Made by a program: the position numbers and the translations under genes
Part shown: in pieces, positions 26,532 to 36,345 of the stretch
How the letters are laid out: every line of letters starts with the position of its first letter
Numbering within the stretch: the stretch's first letter is position 1
NCBI GenBank assembly: GCA_965217775.1
Contig: CBDCJH010000002.1
Coordinates: 4,416,001 to 4,480,000, forward strand
DNA: 64,000 bases
Source of the DNA: Acidobacteriota bacterium
GTDB taxonomy: Bacteria > Acidobacteriota > UBA6911 > RPQK01 > JAJDTT01
Reading direction: 5' to 3'
The notes under the pieces: generated by a model
What the model was told of the DNA's origin: nothing
What the model saw: only the letters and a program-made list of their open reading frames with translations
Databases searched by the model: none

Positions 26532-29126
26532 TCACTTGGCCTCGTACCAGGATCGCCCCGTGGCCATGTCCACCTTCAGCGGGACCTGCAGGGAAGCCAC
26601 CCCTTCCATGTTTTCCCGGACCAGTTCCCGAACTTCGTCCATCTCCGCTTCCAGCACCTCCACCACCAGTTCGTCGTGCACCTGCAGGATGAGCCGGCTG
26701 GAGAGCCCTCTTCGGGAAAAGGACCGGTGGGTGGAGACCATGGCCATCTTGATCAGATCCGCGGCCGTGCCCTGGATGGGGGCGTTGATGGCGGTCCGCT
26801 CGCCGAAGCTCCTGAGGTTCCAGTTCTTGCTCTTCAGTTCCGGAATCTGGCGGATACGACCGAAAAGGGTTCGTACGTAGCCCGTCTCGTAGGCCTCGGC
26901 GAGCGTCGCTTCCGACCAGAGCTTGACGCCCTGGTAACGCTGGAAGTACTCGTCGATGAGACGCTTGGCCTCCCACCGTCCGATCTCCAGATTCCGGGCC
27001 AGGCCGAAGGGGCTGACCCCGTAGAGGATCCCGAAATTGATGATCTTGGCGTAGCGGCGACGTTCCCGGGGACTCAGATCGGTGCGCTCCCCCAGGACTT
27101 CGGCGGCCGTCCGATCGTGGATGTCCTCTCCCTGGCGGAAAGCCTCAACCAGGACGGGATCCTCGGACAGGTGGGCCATGACTCGAAGCTCGATCTGGGA
27201 GTAGTCGGCCGCCAGCAGCCGATACCCCTCTTCGGCCACGAAGGCTCGCCGGATCTGCCGGCCCAGGTCGGTCTTGATGGGGATGTTCTGGAGGTTGGGG
27301 TCGCTGGAAGAGAGGCGCCCCGTCGCCGCCACCATCTGGTTGTAGGAGGTATGGATCCTGCTCGAATCGGAATCGACCAGCCCGGGCAGCGCGTCCAGGT
27401 AGGTATTCTTCAGCTTCGTCTGTTCCCGGTACTCGAGGATGCGTCCGGCGATCTCGTGCTCGCTGGCCAGCCGCTGCAGCACCTCGACTCCAGTGGAGTA
27501 GTGCTTCGCCTTGGGCGTCTTCTTGGGTGGAGGGAGTCCCAGCTTCTCGAACAGAATCGTCCCCAACTGCTTGGGCGAGTTGAGGTTGAACTTCTCGCCG
27601 GCCAGTTCGGTGATGCGGTCCGCCAGGACCTGGATCTCCCGGCCCATCTGGCGGGACATGTCCTGGAGCATTTCGCGGTTCACTTTCACGCCGGCCGCCT
27701 CCATGTCGGCCAGCACCCGCACCAGGGGAATCTCCACGTCGACGAGCAGATCCTCCAACCCGTGGGTCCTCACCTCCGCCTCCAGCACGCGGAAGAGCCG
27801 AAGGGTCAGGTCGGCCGACCGGGCCAGCAGCTCCTCCTCGTCCGGGAAGAGGCCCGCTTCGGACTCGCTCAGCCGGGTCTGGAGACGCTGGGTCGCCAGA
27901 CGCTTCAAAGAGAAGTCGTTCTGGTTGGGAGTCAACAGATAGGCCATGAGCCGGGTATCGGCGAACTCGGACGTCAACTGCCATCCCCGGGTCCGAGCCA
28001 GCATGAGCAAGGGCTTCAAATCGTGAATGATCCACCGTTTGGGCCGATTCAGGAGGGAGAGGAGGCGGTTGGAGCCTCCCTCCAGCAGATCCCCAACCAG
28101 GTGGATCCCATGACCCTGGCCCGTCGAGACACCGACGCCCCGGACCGGCGCCGTCCCTTTGTTGCCGGGAAGCAGCGCCAGGGCGGCCTCGGCGCCCTCC
28201 AGCCGCGTCAGAAGGTTGTCGAACTGCGAGACGCTCTCGAACCGCTCGTATTCGCCGCCGGCCGTCTCCGGTTCCGGCAGGAACTCCTCCAGCAAGCGGG
28301 TAAAGTTCAGCTCCAGAAAGAGCTTCCGGGCCTCGACCGGATCCGGGTCCGCGATCCTGAGGGTCTCCAGGTCCAGATCCAGGGGAATCCGGTCGTACAT
28401 GGTCACGAGCTCGCGGCTCTGCCGGACCACGGCTTCGTTCTGCTGGAGACTCTCCCGATAGGTCTTGCGCCGGACCTCGTCCCTGTGGACCAGCAGATTG
28501 TCCAGATCCCCGTAGTTCCGGAGCAGGAGCACGGCGCCTTTCTGGCCGATTCCCTTGGCCCCCGGGATGTTGTCGGAGGTGTCGCCGACCAGGCTCAGGA
28601 AGTCGCCCAACTGGTGGGGTCCGACTCCGAACTTCTTCTCCACCTTGGCCGCGTCGAATCGGGTCATGGTCCGGGTATCGAGAATGGTCACGCCCGAATC
28701 CACGATCTGGAACAGGTCCTTGTCGACGGTGACGATGACCACCTCCAGCCCGGTTTCGCCCGCCTGCCGGGTGACGGTAGCGATGATGTCGTCCGCCTCG
28801 TATCCCGGGTGGGAGAGCATGGGCACTCGAAAGACCCGGCACACCCGATGGAGATAGGGGATCTGCCGTGACAGGTCTTCCGGCATGGGGGGCCGGGTCG
28901 CCTTGTAGTCGGGAAACTGCTCGTGCCGAACCGTGGGACCGGGAAGATCCATGGCCACGGCCAGATAGTCCGGCCTCTCTTCCTCGACCAGCTTGCGCAG
29001 CATGCTGGTGAACCCGAAGACGGCGCCGGTGGGAAGCCCCTCCCGGTTGGTCAACCTCCGAATGGCGTAGTAGGCCCGGTAGAACTGGGACATGCCGTCG
29101 ATGAGGTAAAGGCGAGGAGCCGGCAC
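26532..29126 (-). CDS. polA: DNA polymerase I
   Basis: 5'-3' exonuclease (LIDG, EADD, VGDTSDNIPG); ADYSQIELR, INFGILYG, QVHDELV. The 3'-5' exonuclease domain looks degenerate. Confidence 0.97.
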   Translation of the reverse strand: MPAPRLYLIDGMSQFYRAYYAIRRLTNREGLPTGAVFGFTSMLRKLVEEERPDYLAVAMDLPGPTVRHEQFPDYKATRPPMPEDLSRQIPYLHRVCRVFRVPMLSHPGYEADDIIATVTRQAGETGLEVVIVTVDKDLFQIVDSGVTILDTRTMTRFDAAKVEKKFGVGPHQLGDFLSLVGDTSDNIPGAKGIGQKGAVLLLRNYGDLDNLLVHRDEVRRKTYRESLQQNEAVVRQSRELVTMYDRIPLDLDLETLRIADPDPVEARKLFLELNFTRLLEEFLPEPETAGGEYERFESVSQFDNLLTRLEGAEAALALLPGNKGTAPVRGVGVSTGQGHGIHLVGDLLEGGSNRLLSLLNRPKRWIIHDLKPLLMLARTRGWQLTSEFADTRLMAYLLTPNQNDFSLKRLATQRLQTRLSESEAGLFPDEEELLARSADLTLRLFRVLEAEVRTHGLEDLLVDVEIPLVRVLADMEAAGVKVNREMLQDMSRQMGREIQVLADRITELAGEKFNLNSPKQLGTILFEKLGLPPPKKTPKAKHYSTGVEVLQRLASEHEIAGRILEYREQTKLKNTYLDALPGLVDSDSSRIHTSYNQMVAATGRLSSSDPNLQNIPIKTDLGRQIRRAFVAEEGYRLLAADYSQIELRVMAHLSEDPVLVEAFRQGEDIHDRTAAEVLGERTDLSPRERRRYAKIINFGILYGVSPFGLARNLEIGRWEAKRLIDEYFQRYQGVKLWSEATLAEAYETGYVRTLFGRIRQIPELKSKNWNLRSFGERTAINAPIQGTAADLIKMAMVSTHRSFSRRGLSSRLILQVHDELVVEVLEAEMDEVRELVRENMEGVASLQVPLKVDMATGRSWYEAK

Positions 29127-29266
29127 AATCTCTTGATCTTATCAGTCCAGGGTAAGGGTGGTCGCGTCACCCCGCGCGGCATCCCGGTAGTCCGTAGCGA
29201 AGGCCGGCCACGAGGGCCGCCCCTACGATGCAACGATTGTTGCTAGGCAACGGTTCGTCGCATACG

Positions 29267-29998
29267 ATGGATTCCATGTCCGCGCTGGCTTGCGTCAATG
29301 CGATCTGGCGGGTCCCACTCATTTTGTCTCTCACCGCCATCATGGCGTCGCTGAGCCTGATTCTGTCAGTGGCCGACGAAGGGGGGAAACGGCAGAGTTG
29401 GTGTGCGCGATCCTGGAGTCGGATGATCCTGGGAATCGCACGGGTTCAGGTGCAGGTTCGAGGGTTGGAAAACCTGGACCCCGGGGACGCTTACGTCTTC
29501 GCCGCCAACCATCTGAGCATGTTCGACATCTTTGCTTTTCTGGGCCGCATCCCCTTCGACTTCAGGTTCGTGGCCAAGGCTTCCCTGTTCCATTGGCCGT
29601 TTGTGGGCTGGCATCTGAAGCGGGCCGGTTACATCCGTGTGGATCTGCGGCGCCCCCGGGCGACGTTGCGGGCTTTCCGGGCCGCGGGCAGCCAGATCCG
29701 TTCCGGCGTCTCCATGGTCATCTTTCCCGAGGGGACGCGGACCTGGGGCAAAAGGGTCGCTCCCTTCAAACGGGGAAGCTTCCTGCTGGCGCGCCAGACG
29801 GGTGCCTCCATCGTCCCCGTGACCATCGTGGGATCCCACCGCCGTCTGCCCCGGGGATCGGTGTTGATCCAACCGGGGAAGATGGAGATCATCATCCACG
29901 AGCCGATCCCAAGAGACAGTTACCGCAAACTGAAGCTCGACGTCCTGGCCGGACAGGTCCGGCGGACCATCGTCGAGAGCTACCGGCAGGTCGGGTGA
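29267..29998 (+). CDS. plsC: 1-acyl-sn-glycerol-3-phosphate acyltransferase
   Basis: NHLSMFD, FPEGTR, PFKRG. Confidence 0.88.
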   Translation: MDSMSALACVNAIWRVPLILSLTAIMASLSLILSVADEGGKRQSWCARSWSRMILGIARVQVQVRGLENLDPGDAYVFAANHLSMFDIFAFLGRIPFDFRFVAKASLFHWPFVGWHLKRAGYIRVDLRRPRATLRAFRAAGSQIRSGVSMVIFPEGTRTWGKRVAPFKRGSFLLARQTGASIVPVTIVGSHRRLPRGSVLIQPGKMEIIIHEPIPRDSYRKLKLDVLAGQVRRTIVESYRQVG

Positions 29999-31194
29999 GA
30001 AGAGTGAAAAACGATCCTCTGGTCGGGCGAATTCAGGAGTCCCTCAACCGGCTCGGTGTCCCGGCCTGGCTCTTCTACGACTTCCGCTTCACGGACCCGC
30101 TCGCCAACCGGATCCTGGGAATCCACGAGTCGCAACATCCCACCAGGCGCTGGTTCTACCTGGTCCCCGCGCAAGGGACCCCGACCAAGCTGGTGCACCG
30201 GATCGAGTCTTCCATGTTGGATCACCTTCCTGGCGAGAAGCTCGTCTATCTGCGCTGGCAGGATTTGAGGTCGGGACTCGAGGAGATGCTGAGGGAGTTC
30301 TCCAGCCTGGCCATGCAGTACTCTCCCGAGGGGGCGATACCCTACGTCTCCAAGGTGGACGCCGGCACCGTCGAACTGGTCCGTAGCCTGGGCAAGACGG
30401 TGACCTCGTCGGCCGACCTGGTCCAATCCTTCGAGGCCGTCCTGACGCCGAAGCAACTTCGGGAACACCAGCGGGCATCCCGGGCCATCTCCGCCATCGT
30501 GCTGGACGCCTTCCGCTTCGCCTCGTCCGCGATCCGGCGGCACGAGGCCTCCAGCGAAGCGGAGGTCCGCGACTACATCCTGGGACGATTCCAAGACCGG
30601 AACCTGGTGACCGATTCGGGCCCCATCGTGGCGGTCAACCAACACAGCGGCGACCCCCACTACGAGACCGCGTCCGGGAAGATCACACGGATCGGACCGG
30701 GCGACCTGCTTCTCATCGATCTCTGGGCCAAGACGAACCAACCCCGGTCCGTCTTCGCCGACATCACCTGGACCGCCTTTTTCGGCGGGACGCCGGACGA
30801 GCGGATGAGACGGGTGTTCGAGGTGGTCCGCCGGGGACGGGACGCGGGAGTCGAGTTCCTGCGCCGGCGCCGGGCAACCGGCGATCTGCCGGAGGGCTGG
30901 GAGGTCGACGACGTAGTGAGACGGACCATCGCCGATCTGGGATTCGGAGAGGCCTTCGTCCACCGCACCGGTCACAGTTTGGGAGAGGAGATCCACGGCA
31001 ACGGAGTCAACTTCGACAACTTGGAGACCCACGACACACGGCGGCTGATCCCCGGGGTCCTCTGCACCATCGAGCCGGGAGTCTACCTGGACGACTTCGG
31101 CATCCGGAGCGAGATCAACGTCTACATGGGGGAAGAAGGACCCGAGGTCACCACGCCGTTGCAGGATGGGATCGTCTGTCCGGACGAGGAGTGA
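29995..31194 (+). CDS. M24 family (Xaa-Pro) aminopeptidase
   Basis: LIDLW, ADITW, HRTGHSLG, TIEPGVY, GIRSE. Confidence 0.88.
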   Translation: MRRVKNDPLVGRIQESLNRLGVPAWLFYDFRFTDPLANRILGIHESQHPTRRWFYLVPAQGTPTKLVHRIESSMLDHLPGEKLVYLRWQDLRSGLEEMLREFSSLAMQYSPEGAIPYVSKVDAGTVELVRSLGKTVTSSADLVQSFEAVLTPKQLREHQRASRAISAIVLDAFRFASSAIRRHEASSEAEVRDYILGRFQDRNLVTDSGPIVAVNQHSGDPHYETASGKITRIGPGDLLLIDLWAKTNQPRSVFADITWTAFFGGTPDERMRRVFEVVRRGRDAGVEFLRRRRATGDLPEGWEVDDVVRRTIADLGFGEAFVHRTGHSLGEEIHGNGVNFDNLETHDTRRLIPGVLCTIEPGVYLDDFGIRSEINVYMGEEGPEVTTPLQDGIVCPDEE

Positions 31195-31237
31195 GGAACT
31201 CCCGCACTGGACGGGATCCGGCGCCGTCAGAGAGAAC

Positions 31238-31645
31238 TCACCACGCCGGGACCGACCAGTCTTCGCAACGCAGGCCTTCGACTCGGTAGAACTCGCGGGT
31301 ATTGGCCGTCACCAGGGTCAGATTGCGAGCCAGAGCCTGACCGGCGATCAGAGTGTCGATGGGTCCGATGGGGCAGCCGACCGCTTCCAGTCCAGCCCGT
31401 ACCGACCCCGCCATGCGGGCATCGCTGGCATCGAACGGCACGATTTCCAAGAGGAGGCGATCCAGCAGATCGATATTCCGGTCCCTCTGCAGGCTCTTGA
31501 ACGCCCCAAAGTAAAGCTCATAGACCACCATGGCCGGCAAGGCGATCTCCGATGGACGGTGGCGCCGCACGCGGGCCGCCAGCGGCGATGATGTGCCGTT
31601 GAGCAGGGCAATGCAGGCATTTGTATCGAACAGATAGCGGATCAA
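31238..31645 (-). CDS. vapC: VapC PIN-domain toxin
   Basis: YLFDTNACI, DTLIAGQA, TANTREF. Confidence 0.92.
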   Translation of the reverse strand: MIRYLFDTNACIALLNGTSSPLAARVRRHRPSEIALPAMVVYELYFGAFKSLQRDRNIDLLDRLLLEIVPFDASDARMAGSVRAGLEAVGCPIGPIDTLIAGQALARNLTLVTANTREFYRVEGLRCEDWSVPAW

Positions 31646-31890
31646 TCGAACGCCCTGTCGAGTTCGGATCTGGATTGATGCTCCGGCTGCTCGCGGCCGT
31701 CGGCGAAGAAATCATCGGAAAACTGCCCTTCGATGGCGTCGAGCCATACCCAATCGGACGCGATGGGTTCCAACACCACTGCGGCACCCTGCTTCCGGAT
31801 TCGCACCATCTCACCATCCATGCGAAATTCCTTCGGCAAGCGCACTGCTTGAGACCGTCCGGACCAGAAGAGTCTCGCTGTTTTCGACAT
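31642..31890 (-). CDS. vapB: VapB antitoxin (AbrB/SpoVT-type)
   Basis: TARLFWSGRSQAVRLPKEFR. Confidence 0.92.
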   Translation of the reverse strand: MSKTARLFWSGRSQAVRLPKEFRMDGEMVRIRKQGAAVVLEPIASDWVWLDAIEGQFSDDFFADGREQPEHQSRSELDRAFD

Positions 31891-31910
31891 TCGGCTCCTC
31901 CGCTCAGATT

Positions 31911-31932
31911 GATATATATCATTAGTATATAC
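31911..31932. promoter_or_regulatory. Putative vapBC operator pair
   Basis: Palindromes GATATATATC and GTATATAC upstream of vapB. Confidence 0.55.
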
Positions 31933-32010
31933 CATTATCGAAAAGCCGTTTCGTCTTCCAACAGGAAAAGCGTGGAACTCGGGAGATGGCGCCGGTTCGA
32001 GGCCGCTCGA

Positions 32011-33063
32011 TCAGACCACCTTGGCGCCGAGGGGGATGTCGAAGAACTTGGCGCGGGGGCTGGACTTGAGGCTGTCGTGGATGAAGCAGACGTGGGTGCA
32101 CCAGCAGGCGTCCTTGACGATCTGTTCCGTCTCTTCCCGCACCGCCCGTGAAGAGTACGCTCCGCGGAAATCGAAATTCACGTCCCTCAGATTCAGGATC
32201 TTCTCCCGCAGCTCGCAGGCCCGCAGGTCGCCGTTGTAGTCCACCACCAGGATGGTCTTGCCCGCCGTGCAGGGCATGGGCCAGGAATCGGAAGTCTCGA
32301 AGTTTCGCTCCTGGAGCGTGTAGTGAAAGTAGATGGTCTGGGTGTAGTAGAGCTGCTTGAGCCAACCCCGGAGGCTTCCCCCCTTGCGGCGGGCCAGCTT
32401 GCGGCCGTAGTGCTCGTGAATCGGCTTGACACTCCGGTAGAAATCGCCCAGGCCCCGGCGCGTGATCCGCTTCAGACCCGGGTCCTTGGCCTCGCCCCGG
32501 ATCACCTGGAAGTAGTGTCCGTTCAGATCCAGGTTCCGGGCCAGCCACCACCCCAGGTCCTCCAACTCGTCGATGTTGTCGGCGGTGACCACCGAGTTCA
32601 CGTGGACCCTGACTCCGGGAAGGGGAGACTCCCGGTCCGTGAGCAGCCGGATGGTCTCCAACGCTTGCTCGAAGTTCCCCGGAACGCCCCGGATCCGGTC
32701 ATGGGTCGAAGCGAACCCGTCCAGCGCCAGGTTCAGATTCACCTCCATCCCGGGCAGTTCCCGGGAGGTGTACTCCATCAACTCCAAGGTCCTCTCGGCG
32801 AAGAGTCCGTTGGTGGGAAGGTTCAGGGTGCGCACCCCGTTGCGGTGGTAGAACATCCCCAGGATTTCCGCCAGGCGGGGACGCATCATCGGCTCGCCGC
32901 CCGAGAGCCAGAGCTCGTGGAATCGGGGCATGCCGGCCGAAAGCGCCTCGATCTCTTGGAAGGTCAGGTCCCCGGGACGATTGAGGTCCTCCCAGTAGAA
33001 GCAGGTCTCGCAGCGGGAGTTGCAACGGCTGGTGACGAACAGGATCAGGGTGTTCAGATCCAC
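32011..33063 (-). CDS. Radical SAM protein (SPASM/twitch-like C-terminus)
   Basis: CNSRCETC, SGGEP, CTAG...GDLRAC, CWCTHVC. Confidence 0.9.
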   Translation of the reverse strand: MDLNTLILFVTSRCNSRCETCFYWEDLNRPGDLTFQEIEALSAGMPRFHELWLSGGEPMMRPRLAEILGMFYHRNGVRTLNLPTNGLFAERTLELMEYTSRELPGMEVNLNLALDGFASTHDRIRGVPGNFEQALETIRLLTDRESPLPGVRVHVNSVVTADNIDELEDLGWWLARNLDLNGHYFQVIRGEAKDPGLKRITRRGLGDFYRSVKPIHEHYGRKLARRKGGSLRGWLKQLYYTQTIYFHYTLQERNFETSDSWPMPCTAGKTILVVDYNGDLRACELREKILNLRDVNFDFRGAYSSRAVREETEQIVKDACWCTHVCFIHDSLKSSPRAKFFDIPLGAKVV

Positions 33064-33097
33064 GGTGTTTCCGTTGTACAGGAAGCCGGGGTCCCGT

Positions 33098-34306
33098 TCA
33101 ATCCAACACCTGCGTCTCGGTGGGAGAGACCATGCGATAGGTGATTCCCCGCCAGCGCAGGTTCCGGGTGGAGAGCGACCCCACCATTCCCGCCACCGTG
33201 ACCAGGTTGGCCAGCGGACCCCAGCAGGTGTAAGGGATGAGAATCCAACCCCTTGGGAGCCCCGCCTCGGGAAACAGCACCGACACGGCCCGAATCCGAA
33301 GCCAGGCCTTGACGGCGCCGGCTATCAGAATTGCGGCCACCAGGACCGCCAGCGCCACCGACCGGGGGTCCGGACCGTAGAGGTTCAGGCTGGTCCGGGC
33401 CCAGGCGCCTCCCCCCCACACGACCACCAGATAGACCAACTGGGTGGCAAATGCGGCCCTCCAGAGGTTCGGATGGTAGACCCGGGTGATGGCCAGTTGA
33501 CGGCGGCTCCAGCCCAGCAGTTCCATGAGGCTGGCGTCCTCGTGGGAAAAGCTCAGGCACCGGGGTTGGAAACGGATGGATCGGCCGCTGGCTTTCACCG
33601 CGCGGCTCAACGAGAGATCGTCGCTCAGGGTATGCCGCCAGTGGTCCGCGACGGAGCAGGAGTCGAAGACCTCCCGGCGGATCGCCATGGCCCCTCCCCA
33701 CGCGAAGTAGCAGTTCCCTTCGCTCATCAGGGAGGCGATGCCGGCGTTCCAGACCGAGCGGAGGACCGATCCGAAACCTCCCTTCTGGGGGATGTACCAG
33801 CGATATCCGGTGCTGGCGCCGACCTCCGGATCCTCCAGGGGAGCCACCAGATGGCGGAGCCACAGGGAGTCGGGCCGGATGTCCGAGTCGCCGAAGACCA
33901 GGATCCGGTCCCGGCGCCGGAGGTGGTCCAGCGCATGGAGCAGGTTGTGGACCTTCTGGCTCCTTCCCCGGGCTTTCCCCGAAAACAGAAGCCGAACATC
34001 GGGGTGAGAGCGGCGGTCCGGCAGGGACCTGATCACCGGCACGGAAGCGTCGGCTTCGTCATCGGTCACCAGGAGCAACTGCCAATCCGGGTATTCCAGA
34101 TCCAGGAAGGCGGCCAGGTTCCGTTCCAGACCCGGGTCCAACCCCCGGCAGGGAACGATCAGGGTCAACGGGGGCGCATAGGACCCCGGAACCGCCTCCG
34201 AGGCCCTTCGGTACATCCGCAGAAACCGGAAGCCTCCCCGCAGCGAGTGGAGCCCCTCGAGCAGGGAGAGCAGAGCCAGGAAGATGAGCCAGTCCGGCGG
34301 TTGCAC
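33098..34306 (-). CDS. Family 2/21 glycosyltransferase (ceramide glucosyltransferase/HpnI-like)
   Basis: IVPCRG, KVHNL, GDSD, WGGAM, SDD, RRQ. Confidence 0.82.
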   Translation of the reverse strand: MQPPDWLIFLALLSLLEGLHSLRGGFRFLRMYRRASEAVPGSYAPPLTLIVPCRGLDPGLERNLAAFLDLEYPDWQLLLVTDDEADASVPVIRSLPDRRSHPDVRLLFSGKARGRSQKVHNLLHALDHLRRRDRILVFGDSDIRPDSLWLRHLVAPLEDPEVGASTGYRWYIPQKGGFGSVLRSVWNAGIASLMSEGNCYFAWGGAMAIRREVFDSCSVADHWRHTLSDDLSLSRAVKASGRSIRFQPRCLSFSHEDASLMELLGWSRRQLAITRVYHPNLWRAAFATQLVYLVVVWGGGAWARTSLNLYGPDPRSVALAVLVAAILIAGAVKAWLRIRAVSVLFPEAGLPRGWILIPYTCWGPLANLVTVAGMVGSLSTRNLRWRGITYRMVSPTETQVLD

Positions 34307-34331
34307 GTCCAGATATCCGGTAAGGAGTCAA

Positions 34332-34489
34332 CAGCCCGTGGCAAAAGTCATCACGGCATTCGACCGTCCCTGCATCCCGGCGGACGGCGTTGCGATTCGG
34401 GCACATACTCCCGGTATGCACCCGAATCGCGCCTTGTCCGGCGGGCGCAGGAACGGTCTCGGTGCTCGCGGGACTTTCACCACGGACTG
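34332..34489. mobile_element. MITE-1 (158 bp)
   Basis: TIR CAGCCCGTGGCAAAAGTC / GACTTTCACCACGGACTG; flanks TCAA/CCAA. Confidence 0.85.
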
Positions 34490-34499
34490 CCAAGCGAGT

Positions 34500-34910
34500 T
34501 TACGACCCGGACATCTCCAACAACTGCTGCCACTCGGTATCGGACACGGGCATGACCGAGAGCCGGGGAAGCCGGGCCAGGATGAAACCGGAGAAACGAG
34601 GGTCCGCCTTGACCTCCTTCAGAGTGATCCGCCGGGCCAATCGCTGCCGCGCTTCCACGTCCACCACCGTCAAGATGGGATCGTCCTTTTCAGGGTCGGG
34701 ATAGGGGGCCGAGACCACATTGGCGATTCCGATGATGGCCCGGACGCGGCCCGTGTGGTAGATAAAGGCCTGATCCCCGGGACCCATCTGGTTCAGATAT
34801 TTCAACGCCAGCCGGTTGGAGACGCCGTCCCAGACCGTACGCTGGTCCCTTTCCAGATCCTCGTAGGAATAGTCTCGGGGCTCCGACTTGAGCAACCAGT
34901 TCTGAGCCAT
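34500..34910 (-). CDS. EVE domain protein
   Basis: WLLKSEP, WDGV.N, FIYHTG, RLSVMPV. Confidence 0.9.
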   Translation of the reverse strand: MAQNWLLKSEPRDYSYEDLERDQRTVWDGVSNRLALKYLNQMGPGDQAFIYHTGRVRAIIGIANVVSAPYPDPEKDDPILTVVDVEARQRLARRITLKEVKADPRFSGFILARLPRLSVMPVSDTEWQQLLEMSGS

Positions 34911-34952
34911 GCTTCTCCTCTCGAAACCGCGAATCCCGTTCGATGCCGGAAT

Positions 34953-35411
34953 TCATTTTATGGGCGGCCCCGCGACCCAATCGTAGCCGATCTCGGGGTC
35001 GTCGTGCGGGATCCGTCCCTCGTCTCCGGGGTCGTAGACGCGGGATGTCACATACAGAAGGTGGGCCGGGCCGGCCAGACACTTGCAACCATGCGCCACG
35101 CCGGGCGGAATTCCCAGGAGGATCGGAGAATATCCGTCGCCCATGAACAACTCCATGGATTCTCCCCGGGTGGGAGAATCGCTCCGCCGGTCGTACAGAG
35201 CCACTTTGAGGACGCCGCCCGCCACGTACCACCAGTCGGTCTGCTTGGTGTGGACGTGCCAAGCCTTGGCCACTCCGGTGTACATGAGACTGTGGCTCCA
35301 CTGCCCGAATCCCTCCCGGAAGTGATCGTCCGTCACCCGGAGGATCTCCCGGAAGAAGCCCCGGCTGTCGGTGTGAGTCACCAGCTCCGTGACTGAAACG
35401 CCTTCGATCAA
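34953..35411 (-). CDS. dTDP-4-dehydrorhamnose 3,5-epimerase (RmlC-like cupin)
   Basis: DSRGFFRE, AWHVH, IPPGVAHG. Confidence 0.85.
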   Translation of the reverse strand: MIEGVSVTELVTHTDSRGFFREILRVTDDHFREGFGQWSHSLMYTGVAKAWHVHTKQTDWWYVAGGVLKVALYDRRSDSPTRGESMELFMGDGYSPILLGIPPGVAHGCKCLAGPAHLLYVTSRVYDPGDEGRIPHDDPEIGYDWVAGPPIK

Positions 35412-35445
35412 AGGACGCGCATCCTTTCTCCGGCGAACCGGAGGT

Positions 35446-36174
35446 TCACCGCTTACCCAGCACCCTCAAGGTGCCGCCCCGGCTGAGCGTGTATCCCGGT
35501 GGAAGGGACTCCTCCACCTTGGCTCGAAATCCCGTCACCTTCCAGCCCTGCTCCGCGAGACGTTCCAGGATCTGGCCGCGCACCCGGGGACGATCCTCCG
35601 CGTCCAGGTAGCACTTCAACACCGAATCGCGGCCCTCCTCCTGTGGACGCCCGAAGAGATAGTCCGCCGCCGACAGACAGACGTCATCGTCTTCGTCTTC
35701 CAGAAACAGCCGCACCGTCTCCAGCAACCCGGGCGAATGAATCTGTTCCAGAGATCGGATCAGCTGGGTCTTGGGCTCGGAGCTGGCCGGAGGGTATTCC
35801 CAATGGAAGCGGAGGATCTCGTCGATTCGAGTCGCCAATTCCTCGCTGGGGAGGATCTCCTGAAGCGCCCGCAGGGGCCAGTAGACCTGCCGCTCCCGCT
35901 TCAAGAAGGTGAGAAGTGGGGGGAGAGCCTTCCGGTCCAAGCGGACGATCCAGGAGAGCAACTCCTCCTTTTCGTCCTGGTCCCGGATCAAGGGGGACGT
36001 ACTGATGGTAAACCGGTCCAGGAGCGCCAGTATGGCTTCGGGCGTGCCCATCTCGTACAGGCGCCGGGCGGCATTGACCCGGACGGCGGGATCCCCGTGA
36101 GGCTCCTTCACCTTCTTGCGCGCCCGTCTGATCTGTCTCTCCGGCGACCCGCGGAGAAAGGAAAACAAGTCCAC
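35446..36174 (-). CDS. HEAT-repeat protein
   Basis: Helical repeats DPAVRVNAARRL, DEDDDVCLSAADYL. Confidence 0.7.
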   Translation of the reverse strand: MDLFSFLRGSPERQIRRARKKVKEPHGDPAVRVNAARRLYEMGTPEAILALLDRFTISTSPLIRDQDEKEELLSWIVRLDRKALPPLLTFLKRERQVYWPLRALQEILPSEELATRIDEILRFHWEYPPASSEPKTQLIRSLEQIHSPGLLETVRLFLEDEDDDVCLSAADYLFGRPQEEGRDSVLKCYLDAEDRPRVRGQILERLAEQGWKVTGFRAKVEESLPPGYTLSRGGTLRVLGKR

Positions 36175-36345
36175 GTTGCTAGTCTACCAATTGACGCGGC
36201 GTCCGGCTCCAAGACTTGGCGGGGCCGGCACAACTTGAAAGATTTCGAATACAAGACCTAACATAGCTCTCTGGTTACCTTCAACCGGAGCCATTCCGCG
36301 TGGCGGGAACAGGGATGCGCCGGTCTTGGCCAATCCGGGAGAGGC

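Noticed and set aside
27900-28260. Degenerate 3'-5' exonuclease domain of PolA as a novelty
   Set aside because: Loss of proofreading motifs in Pol I is common in many bacterial lineages.
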